Positions 22,601 to 34,775 of a stretch of 64,000 nt of DNA are shown here, piece after piece. Positions within the stretch are counted from its first letter, which is position 1; every line of letters starts with the position of its first letter. Position numbers and translations under genes: made by a program. The DNA is from Octopus vulgaris. Lineage: Eukaryota. Below the pieces are notes generated by a model. It did no database searches and was not told the DNA's origin. It was given only the letters and a program-made list of their open reading frames with translations. Location: positions 14,074,001-14,138,000 of the forward strand of contig OX597828.1 of the NCBI GenBank assembly GCA_951406725.2, written 5' to 3'.

Positions 22601-24447
22601 TGGTACAAGAGGAAATAGATGTTGTATATCTTCACCGAGATATACCATTAGAAGTTGCATCATTAATGCAACATTGATATCATTCTCAGAGTTCTGTTTC
22701 TCACATTTCTTGTAGTTGGCAGCTGTTTGGAGAATCTGTTCTATATCTGTTATGTTAGTAATTAAAAAAAGGGATTTCATTACATTAATAATTGTTTCCA
22801 CTTTACTATTGTTGAGAAAGTCATTTATAACGCTTTTCATGTCGATTGTGGTCAGTTCTTTGAAATGAACCATTAGCCCAATTTCTTCAAAGAGAAAAGG
22901 CCAGTCTTTGTGTAATGTGGTGATGGAAGCACCATTATTGATGTCTTTTCTTTGGAAAAAGAAAGTAGTTATCATGTCTTTTTCCACAAATTCAACATCC
23001 CACTTTGAACTGTAGATGCTCCGCAGTAAATCCTGTTTCATTCTCAGGCTCCATTTTGTTTCATTTGGGGGTAATTTTAGTGGCTGCCAGTTAATGCAGC
23101 CGTAGTTATTCAACAACTTACTTGATTTCTGATTGCCAGAATCAGATTTTTGCTGAGTCTTAGTCCAAGACATTAACTTCTTTTGGTAAAGGAACTGTCC
23201 ACGGTCAAACCGATTGATATTTTCAACACGAGATTGCAACTGTTTCAAAATGGCCTCAAAACCAGTTTGTCTACCATTGGGACTTAGTGTATCATCCATC
23301 AAGGATTCAGGATATTCGGTCACCATTTTATGTGCAATGAAAAATAACTGTCTTCGGTTTGGTCTTGCACAGAATTTTATTGCTTCTGCAACAACAACAC
23401 GAATCATCTCTCGACGAAGGTTTGATTCCGGACGTTGTTTGTTCTTCAAAGCATGAATAAGAGCCGGAGGCATTTTATCAATGGGGATCTGAAAATTTTG
23501 GACCCATTCTGAATTTTCATCAGCAAACATATTAGAATTGTTTTCAGGATATAATCCAATAGGTAAATTAACTGAAAATATATCCAAAGGTTGTTGTTGC
23601 TGTTGCTGCTGTTTATCATTGTTTATATTTGCTAGAGGTAATAATTCAGATGTGTGGGTCATCAGACTGTTGTCTGACATCTTGTCAAAATTTTTAGAAT
23701 TCAAAGTCTCTGATGTAGTCGAACAGTTGCTATCATCACTAACAATAATAGGATCAGCTGCAGACAATTTCGGTTCACTGTTCTCCGTATTCCATCCAGC
23801 ATTATCGATTGCAGGCTGTGGTGATATCTCAACTACCTCTTTTCTGTCTCCGCCATAAACTGAGCACAGACGAGTGAGAGAAGACAAGCTAGGACTGATG
23901 CCTTTAGAACTATTATCATCTCTTTCAAGCGATGATGCCATCAGAGAAAGTTTGTCCCGTTTTGACTGATTCCTTACCCTTGCTCTGTTGACGCCAGAAG
24001 AAATATCTTTCACAGGATTATTACCTGCAGAGAGGTTTGGGGTCACTTCAACAACCTGAGTCGATGGCAGAATAACATTGTTCATATTACTGTACTGTGG
24101 TATGTTACGGTTCTGATATTGAGTTACATTAGACAGCTGAGGGCTGGACTGATTGGTTGGAGATGAGCCAGGCATACTGAGCGGGAGAAGAGGTGAAGTG
24201 TTGTTATGCGGATACATGATGGAGTTGTGTGAGTTTTCTACAATAGTTTGTTTTGATACATTTGACGTGGTCATTTTCGGTAGGGGAAGTTGAACACAAA
24301 CTCCTGAAGTCGGCAATGAACTATGTAGGTTTCCTATCACAGGTTGCTGTAAGTTGTTATTCTGGAAAGGTGCTCCAATCTTTGATATCATATTCTGTAT
24401 TTGACCAGGTAAAGAGTACAAAGTAGTTGGTGGTTGGTTCAAGTCAA
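22601..24447 (-). CDS. SAMD3-like gene coding exon 2 (N/Q/S/P-rich linker plus conserved core FQIP..KMP..L...RP....RREMIR...GCINWQP...WPFLF)
   Basis: Contains most of the 637-aa ORF. Acceptor tttttttag|tt (phase 1) and donor cca|gttagt at 22601 (phase 0). Confidence 0.92.
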
Positions 24448-24579
24448 CTAAAAAAAATAAAAGGTCAGATATTATCAGCTGTACGACGAGGGATACAAAA
24501 TATTAATTTACATTAATTCTTCTCATACAAACTCACCTGAGACTACCCCCACTCCTAAAATTGCTTCTAATTATATTGG

Positions 24580-25050
24580 GTTTAAATTTTGCCACATGGC
24601 CAGCAATTCTGGGTGGGGGTAAATCGATTACATCGAACCCAGTGCTCAACTTGTACCTTTTTTATCAACCCCAAAAGGATGAAAGGCAAAGTTGACCTGC
24701 ACAAAATTTGAACTCAGAATGTAAAAACAGATGAAATACCACTAAGCATTTTTTGCCCGGTGTAGTAATGATTCTACCAGCTTGCCACCTTAAATGATGT
24801 CGCCCCTTTCAAGCCTAGCTAGGCTCATGGGCCCGGTTTCTATGGCGTATGTGTTCCTCAGCTGGATGGGATGCCAGTCCATCGCAGTGTTACTCATTTT
24901 TGCCAGCTGAGTGGACTGGAGCAACGTGAAATGAAGTGTTTTGCTCAAGAACACGTGTTGCCCAGTCCAGGAATCAAAACTGCAATCTTATGATCATGAT
25001 GCTGACACCCTAACCACTAAGCCACACACCTCCACGCTTACCACCTCACT
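24580..25050 (-). mobile_element. SINE B (24580-24792) abutting a CORE-type SINE (24793-25035)
   Basis: Family B reverse complement, then tRNA head plus gttcttgagcaaaacacttcatttcacgttgctccagtccactcagctg CORE-like domain. Confidence 0.78.
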
Positions 25051-25179
25051 GCCTCTAATTATATTAATTCATTTGACACTCATCTGAGACCAGCCAGGAA
25101 GGCTTCTGTTTCTCTCATTTTAAAATGTTTATTTTTCAATTAAATCAAATTAAATCTTTTTATCTTAATACTATATATA

Positions 25180-25390
25180 AGGCAGTGAGCTGGCAGAATC
25201 ATTAGCACACCAGACAAAATGCTGAGCAGCATTTTGTCTGTCTTCACATTCTGAGTTCAAACTCTACCAAGGTCGACTTTGCCTTTCATCTTTTCAGGGT
25301 CAATAAAATAAGTTGAGCACTGGGGATGTTGTAACTGACTTACCTGCTTCTCTGAATCCACTGGCCTTGTGCCAAAATGTGAAACTATTA
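25180..25390 (+). mobile_element. SINE family B (CpG-decayed)
   Basis: Family consensus with CG->TG/CA changes. Confidence 0.8.
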
Positions 25391-25570
25391 TTGCGTAAGT
25401 ATAATTTTTTACGTCATGTTACATGAAACATCGCTTAATGAAAAAGATACTTTGACTAAATCCTTCCAAATTTCAAGATTATTTTCCAAATTAGGCTGTG
25501 AATTTCATTGCAAATATAGTCATGAAATGTTTAATGATAGAAAATATAAACTGACACACTTTTATAAAAC

Positions 25571-25601
<31 letters not shown>

Positions 25602-25602
<1 letters not shown>

Positions 25603-26169
25603 CTTTTACTCTCTTTTTTACTCTTTTACTTGTTTCAGTCATTTGACTGTGGCCATGCTGGAGTACCGCCTTTAGTCGAGCACATCAACCCCAGGACTTA
25701 TACTTTGTAAGCCTAGTACTTATTCCATTGGCCTCTTTTGCTGAACCGCTAAGTTACAGGGACATAAACACATAAACACACCAGCATCGGTTGTCAAGCG
25801 ATGTTGGGGGACAAAAACAGACACACAAACATATACACACACATACATACATACATACATATATATATATATCATCATCATCATCATCATCATCGTTTAA
25901 CGTCCGCTTTCCGCGCTAGCATGGGTTGGACGGTTTGACCGGGTCTGGGAAGCCAGGGGCCGCTCCAGGCTCCAGTCTGAATCTGGCAGAGTTTCTACGG
26001 CTGGATGCCCTTCCTAACGCCAACCACTCCGTGAGTGGATTGGGTGCTTTTTACGTGCCACCTGCACAGGGGCCGGAGGGTCCGGCATCGTCACGATCGG
26101 TTCGAGCATTTTAACGTGTCAGCGGCACGGGGGCAACGAGGTCCGGGGTACTTTGGGGATCGGGGTACT

Positions 26170-26203
<34 letters not shown>

Positions 26204-26368
26204 CGACAGGCTTCTTTCAGTTTCCATTTACCAAATCCATTCACAAGGCTTTGGTTGACCCAAGGCTATAGTAGATGACACTTGCCCAAGGTGCCACGCC
26301 ATGGGACTGAACCCGGAACCATGTAGTTCGTAAGCAAGCTACTTACCACACAGCCACTCCAGCACCTA
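25602..26368 (-). mobile_element. SINE A split at its internal microsatellite by a family D element (25872-26170)
   Basis: A 3' half at 25602-25830 and A 5' half at 26200-26368 flank the D insert within (TA)n. Confidence 0.85.
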
Positions 26369-26559
26369 TATATATATATATATATACAAATTGAGATAGG
26401 GGTTGTAAATGCAACTCTCCATGGGATAACATATATCCAGTATACTGCTAGTGAAGTACCCAACAGAGTTAATACATAAATGTTAAGGATTGCGATGCAA
26501 TCAATTCATTTACTGTATTATATGGGCAAAGGTAAAATGATTTACCACAAATTACTAAT

Positions 26560-26781
26560 ACAAATAAGAAAATGGAGAAATACATCTAAATCAAATATCA
26601 ATTACCAGATAATAATCAATCACATACTTTATTAAACCATTCCTTTATGTACACTGATTTGTTCTGCTTTTTTATGTTTAACCCTACAGTCTCTTATATG
26701 GTGGTTTAATAAAGTATGTGATTGAGTTTTATCTGGTAATTGATATTTGATTTAGATGTATTTCTCCATTTTCTTATCTTG
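26560..26781. repeat. Inverted repeat, ~80-bp arms with ~60-bp spacer
   Basis: ataagaaaatggagaaatacatctaaatcaaatatcaattaccagataa matches the reverse complement of ttatctggtaattgatatttgatttagatgtatttctccattttcttat. Confidence 0.85.
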
Positions 26782-26814
<33 letters not shown>

Positions 26815-27811
26815 GGACATAACTGGATTCAATCCCACTGTGAATAGATTTGGCAGATGAAACTAAAAGCAACTTGTAGTAAATATATGCGTGTGTGTGT
26901 GTGTGTGTACCCTTGTCTATATATCACATGATGGTTGTAAATGAATACCATCATGATTCAAGAGAGATTGTTTGCTTCCAGACTTCTGTGACAAACATGA
27001 CCAGGCAAAGGGAAATATTTATTTGCTTAGAAGCAAGTGATGCTTGATGACTGGAAGGGCATCTAATTAAAGAAAATTTACCTCAGCAAATTTCATCCTG
27101 ACCCTTGCAAGCATAGAAAAGGGGACATTAAATTATGAGGACAGTGATTGAAATATTCAGAGTAGTATCTTCAATTTGGTTGTTATGGTTACAATGTTTC
27201 AGCCATTGTAAATTCCAATCTTCTCCAGATGCTTGCCCAGTTCAGTAATGTTTGCAGAATTTGGAATAAAATCTTTTATAAAATCCACTGACAGACTGTT
27301 CTCATTTCTTTGTCCATTCCAAGGACATTTTCATTCAAGTTGTTTTTCTACTTGTTTTGTCACTTATTTATTCCACTAGAATTAGAGTTTGTTTTGTTAT
27401 GTATTGTTTGACAAATGCATGGATTGAACTCACACCTATTAGCTTTAGCATTAACCCTTTCACTGCCTATGGAGCATAGGCCATAAATGACATTTTCTAC
27501 AACCCTAGGCTGTCTTTTCTGCTTCCCTCCAGTTGGATCCCTGCTTTATCCAAAGCATTGAATCCATTGATAACTAAAAGAAACAAGATTCTTCTCCCAG
27601 ATCTTGCAGGGTTTGAACTGTCATTTGATATTTCTGTGACTTTGTGTTTTTTTAGGTAGGGGTGTTGGCCTTAAGCAAACCCATTTTTACCTCTGGGGAA
27701 AAGGTAGTCTATATTATTTTGGCCCCTATCCTTTGACATGTCCAGCATGCAAGGCTCAACCAAAAGCTTGTGTTCCTCTAACATAGCTCTCAAAGTCACT
27801 GAGGCACTTCA

Positions 27812-28031
27812 CCCTTTAGCGTTTAAACTGGCCATATGAAGCCCAAATATTTTACCTGTTTTATGATCAAACTGACCAAATCGGGCCACTCACACCTACC
27901 TTACAATGTCATTTTAAAATTATACAATCACATAATTGAAATCTTAAAACTACAAGACAATGTATGCTAAATTCAAAACCGTATGAATAAATAAGGATTA
28001 CATTTGACAAAGTAATCTGAATGTTAAATGG
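27812..28031. mobile_element. piggyBac-type MITE inserted into an RTE 5' UTR fragment
   Basis: ccctttagcg...aatgttaaatgg termini, TTAA right flank and ttca left flank. Confidence 0.55.
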
Positions 28032-28213
28032 TTAAGCCACCACACAGCATCAAGGACCCAACTTATATACAATGCTTCAATACTAAAATAAGAGATAGGT
28101 TCGTCATGGTTGGAATACTTTTGATCATAGGTTTTCTAAACAAAAACAAAAACAGCAATAACATGATATGAATACAGAGCTTAATTCCTTAAAAACAATA
28201 TAAACATATTTAC

Positions 28214-28418
28214 GTTTGGTTTGTTGAAGAAGTTTGCGTATCTGGATTGGTTTCAGAACTGATGAAAGATCTGAAGCTTCAACATACTGCAGGTCCTCAA
28301 GAGTTTCCACGCCAATGTCCCTCAGGGTTTTTGCAAGAGTTTTTACACCTGAAATAGGCTGTGTTGGTAAGGCTTTTGAAATGCATTCTTCCAAGGGGTC
28401 TAGACAATCTGAAGCCAT
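28214..28418 (-). CDS. SAMD3-like gene coding exon 1 (SAM-like helical module MASDCLDPLEE...LRDIGVETLEDLQYVEASDLSSVLKPIQIRKLL)
   Basis: Acceptor tttcag at 28436/35, ATG at 28418, donor c|gtaaat after 28214 (phase 1). The L..IGV....DL..V...DL...LKP...RKLL pattern is SAM-like. Confidence 0.85.
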
Positions 28419-28479
28419 TATGCCAATGGAATTCCTGAAAAATTAAAGCAAATATTATTATAAATAATATTTTATATAT

Positions 28480-28760
28480 TGTGGAGGCACATGGCCTAGT
28501 GGTTAGAGCAGCGGACTTGCAGTTGAAGGATCGTGGGTTCAAATCTCAGAGAGGGCGATCTGTGTGTTTATGAGCGAAACACCTAAGCTCCACGCAGCTC
28601 CGGTAGAAGGTAATGGCGAACTTCTGCTGACTCTTTCACCACAACTTTCTCTCACTTTTTCCTCCTGCATCTTGCAGCTCACCTGTGACGGACCAGCATC
28701 CCATCCAGGTGGGGAACCTATAGGCCAAGGAACGTTTGAGAAGGAACGAACAACAACATT
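28480..28760 (+). mobile_element. SINE family C with tail type 4
   Basis: ggaggcacatggcctagtggttagagcagcggac head; tail ...ccagcatcccatccagg...(aac)n. Confidence 0.75.
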
Positions 28761-28779
28761 TTATATGTTATAAATCTGT

Positions 28780-29215
28780 AAGGTGTCAGAATTGTTAGTA
28801 TGTCTGACAAAATGCTTAGTAGCATTTTGTCTATTTTTAAGTCCTGAGTTCAAATTCTGCCAAGGGTGACTTTGCTTTTCTTCCTTTCAGGGTTGATGAA
28901 ATAAGTACCAGTCAAGCACTGGGGTCAATATAATTGACTAAACCTCTCCCCATCAAATTTTTACAGCCTTGTTTCCAAAATTTGAAACAATTATTTTTAA
29001 AAAGGCAGTGAGCTGGCAGAATTGTTAGCATGCCAGACAAAATGCTTAGCAGCATTTCATCAATTTTTACATCCTGAGTTCAAATTCCACTGACATAGAC
29101 TTTGCCTTTCATCCATTCAGGATTGATGAAATAAGTTCCACTTGTACACAGGGTTGATGTAATCATCTAGCCCTACTCTCCCAAAATTTCAGGCCTTGAC
29201 CTATAATAGAAAGGA
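28780..29215 (+). mobile_element. Two tandem SINE family B copies (CpG-decayed)
   Basis: Matches at 28780-28990 and 29003-29215. Confidence 0.78.
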
Positions 29216-29477
29216 TATATTATGAATTTGTAAAACAGGATTTTATTCATCCTGGCTGCTATTAATAATATCAGTGTGTGTATTGTTCCTATATATATAT
29301 AAATTAGATATAATTATTATATCATTGTTAAATTGATAAAAGGTTGGTTCTTCTCTAATTTATATACATATATTATATATTGTGAAATTTGATTTAGTAT
29401 TACTAAATTGAATTTTTCCCAGTAAGTTTGGAATAATATTCCCTAATATTATTATTATTATTAGTTATATATATATA

Positions 29478-29880
29478 CAAGGTTGGACAAAATAGTAGAA
29501 ACACCTAGCATCATAGTATCATAATTTTGAAATATCTATAAAACTGTCAAAAGCTTGTTTTTTTTATTTATTATTAGTGTTTTGTTAAAATTGCTGTTTC
29601 TTTTTTAAGATATCATCAGAAAAAGGTAATTAAAATTCATTAAAATGACACATCTATCGGACTTTCAAAGAGGTCAAATTGTTGGTGTTCGTATGGCAGG
29701 CACTAGCATAACGAAAACAACCAAAATGGTTAGTGTATCAAGAAGCACTGTCTCGAAAGTAATGACAGCCTTTGAGAAAGAGGGAAAATCCTCCTCATCA
29801 AAACAAAACTCCAGAAGAAACCAAGACTTTCAGATAGGGACCATCAGACTCTTACGCAAATTGTTAGAAAGGATCACAGG
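29478..29880 (+). mobile_element. Tc1-like transposon 5' fragment (TIR plus transposase N-terminus, ORF from 29645)
   Basis: TA|caaggttggacaaaatagtagaaacacc TIR; LSDFQRGQIVG.R.AG.S.TKT....VSRSTVSKVM paired-HTH motif. Confidence 0.85.
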
Positions 29881-29952
29881 AATCAGTCCAGGAATCGAAA
29901 CCACAATCTTACGATCATAGTGCTGACACCCTAACCACTAAGCCATGTGCCT

Positions 29953-29953
<1 letters not shown>

Positions 29954-30005
<52 letters not shown>

Positions 30006-30011
30006 ATATAT

Positions 30012-30060
<49 letters not shown>

Positions 30061-30066
30061 TATGTA

Positions 30067-30124
<58 letters not shown>

Positions 30125-30245
30125 ATTATATATACATACACATATACTTACATATTTACATATATATACATATATACACACACATAGATATATATTTACA
30201 TATATACACACACACACATATATATATATATTTATATATATATAT
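29954..30245. repeat. Compound (CA)/(TA)/(TG) microsatellite
   Basis: Direct inspection. Confidence 0.95.
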
Positions 30246-30980
30246 GATGATGATGATGGCCATCCAGTCTTGACCGAGGAAGACCATTGGTGACTTTCAA
30301 GAACATTGTGTGCTCTAGGACTAACTTATATTTTGCATTTGCGGCTCCATTGGTGGCTAATGAGCCCTGCTCTTGACAAGCACACACAACTGCAAACATT
30401 GCAAACCAAGCTTTTCCCATTCACCACACCAGCAGTGCACTTTCGAGCAGCACGCTTAAGTTTTTCATGCAGAATATGCCATTTCTCAAAGGTGTTGAGC
30501 CCCTGCTTCCTCCATCTGTGGTGTTGAGAAAACATTGCTCTCCCAGTCAGTTTCCTACATATCACAAGCCTTTAATGACAACTTGACTCAGTCCTTAAAT
30601 CGCAGTCTTGGCTTCTGCCGGGGTCTCTTTCCATTAACAAGTTCCCTATATAGAATCTGCTTAGGGATCCTGCTATCCTTCATTCTAATAAGGTGTCCAG
30701 TCCAACATAACCGGTGCTTGTGCACCATCACCTCAGTACTCAAGATATCAGCTGTCCTCAGGACCTGTGTGTTTGGAGTTTTTAAGGTCCATCCAACATT
30801 CAGAATGTGTCTAAGACATCTCTGATGAAAGTGATCAAGGACCCTTGAAAGTTTGGATGACCCTAGTGCAGGCTCAACGGCTATATAGCAATAGCACGGA
30901 TATGCAGAAATTCCGGGATGATGTCCAGCACGCTGAAAGACCAATGGAAGTGAGGTATCCCTCAGCTTCTGTTGAAGCAT
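30246..30980 (-). mobile_element. RTE-clade LINE 3' end (C-terminal region plus C2H2 finger, (CAT)n tail)
   Basis: FHQRCLRHILNV.W.....N..VL...RL.W.GH..RM.D.RIPKQILY.EL..GKR....P.LRFKD and C..C...C.SR.GLISH motifs. Confidence 0.88.
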
Positions 30981-31379
30981 GTCTCTAGAAGAAAGTCACT
31001 GATATAAAACCAGATATGCAGGGAATGGTATTGGACATTTTGGGGGAATCTTTGGTTTGTGCAAGAGATCATGGCACTCCCACATCCCTGAGCCTGCGAC
31101 TCATATTGGCACCAGACATCTTTCTCTGACTTGTCTCTGGATAATGTCAATAAAGTGGAGAGGGTCTGTGAGGTGTTGTGCAAGCCTTATTGGACCTAAA
31201 ACACTGCACATGCATTTCTGACCTCTGCTCGATATGTGCTGCTTTTTTTCTTATATATATTTATTTTATTTTCAGTACACATGTATCTTTATTTTTAGTA
31301 TAAATTTGTATATTTATTTATTTTTAGTATATATTTATTTTATTCTTATTCGGAAGTCCTATAACAATGGGAAGGTGGT

Positions 31380-32650
31380 GAAGCATGCAGACCTGACAGG
31401 TTGGTAGCATGTAGTCAGTGACCTGCACGTAGGCAGCCCATGCTAGATATAAAGTCATCTTCTTGTCGCCCAAGACAGCGATAGGATTCGGTTGCTGCAT
31501 GGGTGTCTGAGCAGCTCCGTTTGGAGAGGGCATTGCTCACTCGGAGGCTGGGGAGGTTCTAGAAAAGGTGAACCAAAAATTGCCTGTCTTTCTACATCTG
31601 GTCAGTTTAGCACAAAAGACAAAGAGACTTATTATTTATAAAATTTGGATGGAACTTGAACATTTCATGTTGGAATGTGTGCACACTTGTGGATAACAAG
31701 AGTGACTGTAGGCCTGAAAGACGTACTGCACTATAACATTGATATAGCTGCACTTTCGGAGGTTCATATAGAAGGTGATGGTCAGCTTGAGGAAGTAGGA
31801 GGTGGATACACCATTTCTTGGAAGGGGAGGCAGAAGGTAGAGTGCAGAGAGGCTGGAGTTGGCTCTGCAGTTCGATCTGATATCCTTAAGAAATTGGAGG
31901 AGCTTCCTGTTCCTATAAATCAACGTCTAATGACTCTACGATTACACCTGAAAGGTGCACAGTTTGCTACTTTAATAAGTGCCTATCCACCTACTTCCTA
32001 GTTGTGATGAAGATAAAACTATTTTTTATACCCAGCTGAGAGCCATACTTAGGAAACTCCCTAATTCTGATAAAGTCATTCTACTGGAGGATTTCAATGC
32101 CAGGGTTGGAACAGATTGGCAAACAAGGAACTCTCTAGGATGTTTTGTTGTAGGGAAAATGAATAGCAATGGTCTCATGCTGCTGGAGCTTTGCAATAAA
32201 CATGGACTTTACATTGCACGCACTCATTTTATGCACAAAGGTGATCACACAACAACGTGAATGCATCCAAGGTCTAAAATTTGGTACTTGCTGGATTATG
32301 TCATCATCCACAAGCATGACATCTGTGACATTTGTAATGTCAAGTCCTTTCATGGATCGGAATGCTGGACAGACCACAGTCTGGTGTGAGCAAAGTTCCG
32401 GATGACGATTAGAGTGAAAGAGAGATGAGGTCCAGTTGGCACTCCTCGGCATCTGAATGTCCACAAGATATATGATGCTGTGTTGAGGAGAGAGCTTCAG
32501 ACTCGCTTGTCCAGCATTGAAAATACTACAGGATGGGAAGATTTTCAAGACCAGGTTCTTCAATGTGCTGCTGAAACACTGGAATATGCTACTGCCAGAC
32601 ACAGAGACTGGTTTGATAAAAATGATGCTGAAGTTCTCATGCGGACGTCT
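31380..32650 (+). mobile_element. RTE-clade LINE 5' part with decayed AP-endonuclease domain
   Basis: IDIAALSEV, GVG.AV, RLMTLRL, LISAY.PT, ILL.DFNARVG, LDYV and TDH motifs across frameshifts. Confidence 0.88.
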
Positions 32651-32959
32651 TGTGTATAGTTCTGCAAATTATATTTGCAATGATGATCATACCAAAGAGC
32701 TACAGACAATTGTGTAAGTAAAATTGCGTAACTGTTGATAGCAAAACATGTCTATGATTAATCTATATTTTTGTTTCTTTTCATTTGTCTTGCTTGCTTA
32801 TGTTCTGGCGTTTGCTAAATTTTCTTGAAAACATTCCTTTCCTAGTGGTAAGGCCATAGCGGATCTACTTCTATCATAAAGGTTGTCCACGTAGTGGTCA
32901 TCCCTCTTATATGTATGTAATATAATTTTCTGAACCTTCAGATTTTAACATGCTAGACC

Positions 32960-33465
32960 ACTGGTTTTAAATTGATATTCAGGCACTAGATGTAGGCCTC
33001 CATGTTGAGTCTGAGGTCATGTGGGAAGATGAATGGAGGCATAATGTTGCCATCACTAGTGATCACTCCAAACACCATGATGTTGATCGGATGTTTGATT
33101 TTTATCAATCTTGGTACATGCTTTGGGGATCATAGCAAGCCAATAATTGTTCTGTGTGCTCATCATCTGATCCTGGTAGACATTTTTCCTGTCTGAGAAA
33201 CACCAAAGAATGTTTGGTCGGATGAGATGCTTGAGTTTGTTCAAAAGCTTTATAGTGTGGTCTTTCCACTTGTCCTTGATGGCTTGGGATAAAAATTGTC
33301 CCTTTCTCATCTTGTATGAGGAATACTGAATGTCTTCATGCACTACCTGCCTGACAAGAAACTCAGACACTCCTATGTCCCTGGCAATGGACCTGATTGA
33401 CTTGGAGGGTCCATTGTCAATCATGGCCTGGATCTCACCAACAAATTCAGGAATTCTTTTCAATC
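32960..33465 (-). pseudogene. Tc1/mariner (maT/DD37D-like) transposase fragment
   Basis: SIRSIARDIGVSEFLVRQVVHED...W.FSD.K....Q..N..N and KHP..IMVFGVITSDG..MPPFIF motifs. Confidence 0.8.
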
Positions 33466-33642
33466 AGAAGGATCAAAGTGAATTTTCCAAGCTGCTGTAC
33501 TTTCATAAAGTAGAAAGTTGGAGTCTAGTCAGCTCCCTGCTAGCCAGCTCTGTGTCAAACCGTCTAACCCATGCCAGCATGGAAAGTAGATGTTAAATGA
33601 TGATGATGATTACAACAATTTGAAAGAAACCATTCCCATCAG

Positions 33643-34060
33643 GTAGCAAGCTGGCAGAAACATCAGCACGCTGGGCGAAATGCTTAGCTGTATTTCGTCT
33701 GCTGCTACGTTCTGAGTTCAAATTCTGCCGAGGTCGACTTTGCCGTTCATCCTTCCGGGGTCGATTAAATAAGTACCAGTTACGCACTGGGGTCGATATA
33801 ATTGACTTAATCCGTTTGTCTGTCCTTGCTTGTCCTCTCTGTGTTTAGCCCCTTATTGGTAGTAAAGAAATAAGTATTTTGTCTGCCATCATGATCTGAG
33901 TTCAAATTCCTCCAAGATCGACTTTGCCTTTCATCCTTCCGGGGTCAATTAAATAAGTACCAGTTATGCACTGGGGTCGATATAATCGGCTTAATTCCTT
34001 TATCTGTCCTTGTTTGTCCCCTCTATGTTTAGCCCCTTGTACACAATAAAAAAATAAGAA
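33643..34060 (+). mobile_element. SINE family B with tandemly duplicated 3' part
   Basis: Two successive B bodies. Confidence 0.85.
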
Positions 34061-34775
34061 ACCGTTCCCATCAGATGAATGCATAGACTTCAAACATAAG
34101 GGATAAACCATTTTTTAACAAATTTACATCAATAATGGAGACCAAAATATTTACATTGTTTCTTTCTGACGATGCCCCAGCTAGGCCACAGTCAAATGAT
34201 TGAAACAAGAGATAAAGATAAATAAAATCAAAGGATTTCACTATAATTTATTTTCACTTTTTTAGTTGATTAAATTGCATGTAAACCCAAATCTTTCCGA
34301 ATGAATTCATCCCTCCAGCACCACCGGGAAAGGGAAATCAAAATTTAGGGCCAGGATATACCCAATTTACCCAAACTGAAATTTTGAAAAGCTGTTTTTT
34401 TCTTGGGTGTTGGGGGCACAAAATCGAAATACCTGTTGTTGAAAAACATAACATGACGAAGAAATTTTGAGGGAGAGGAAAAAAGGTGGGGTGTTGCGTG
34501 GTAGCAACACATCAACCCTTAAAACAGGCACAGGCAATTTGCGGTTTGCAGGACTTCTTGAATGGCATGCCTAACGAAAAATACCCTGAGTTTTTCTTTT
34601 TCTTTTTTTTTTAGTATTGCGGCCCGCCTAATGATAAGCCAGGTCTCATGCGGCCCGCTTCTCAAACAAGGTTGCTAATGCTTGCCTCAAGGTATGACTG
34701 AAGAATGTGGTTGCAACTTCTAGCAATTGGTGCAACAGCCGTGGTTTTCAACATCCCCGTTATATCACCCTATCT

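Larger units (their letters stand above)
9..28418 (-). other. Gene span: SAM-like / SAMD3-like protein gene, 8 coding exons, ~987 aa
   Basis: Exons 28418-28214, 24447-22601, 20284-20218, 17013-16845, 15164-15038, 9455-9262, 415-152 and 99-9 join via GT-AG sites with matching phases (1,0,1,2,0,2,2). They form one 2964-nt ORF ending in TGA at 11-9. Confidence 0.88.

Noticed and set aside
22529-24442. 637-aa ORF as a stand-alone single-exon gene
   Set aside because: It starts at TTG just after a splice acceptor, and its hydrophobic tail after 22601 is intronic, SINE-derived read-through. It is an internal exon.
27150-27400. Possible extra exon between coding exons 1 and 2
   Set aside because: Contains stops and looks like decayed LINE sequence. 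Exons 1 and 2 already join in phase.
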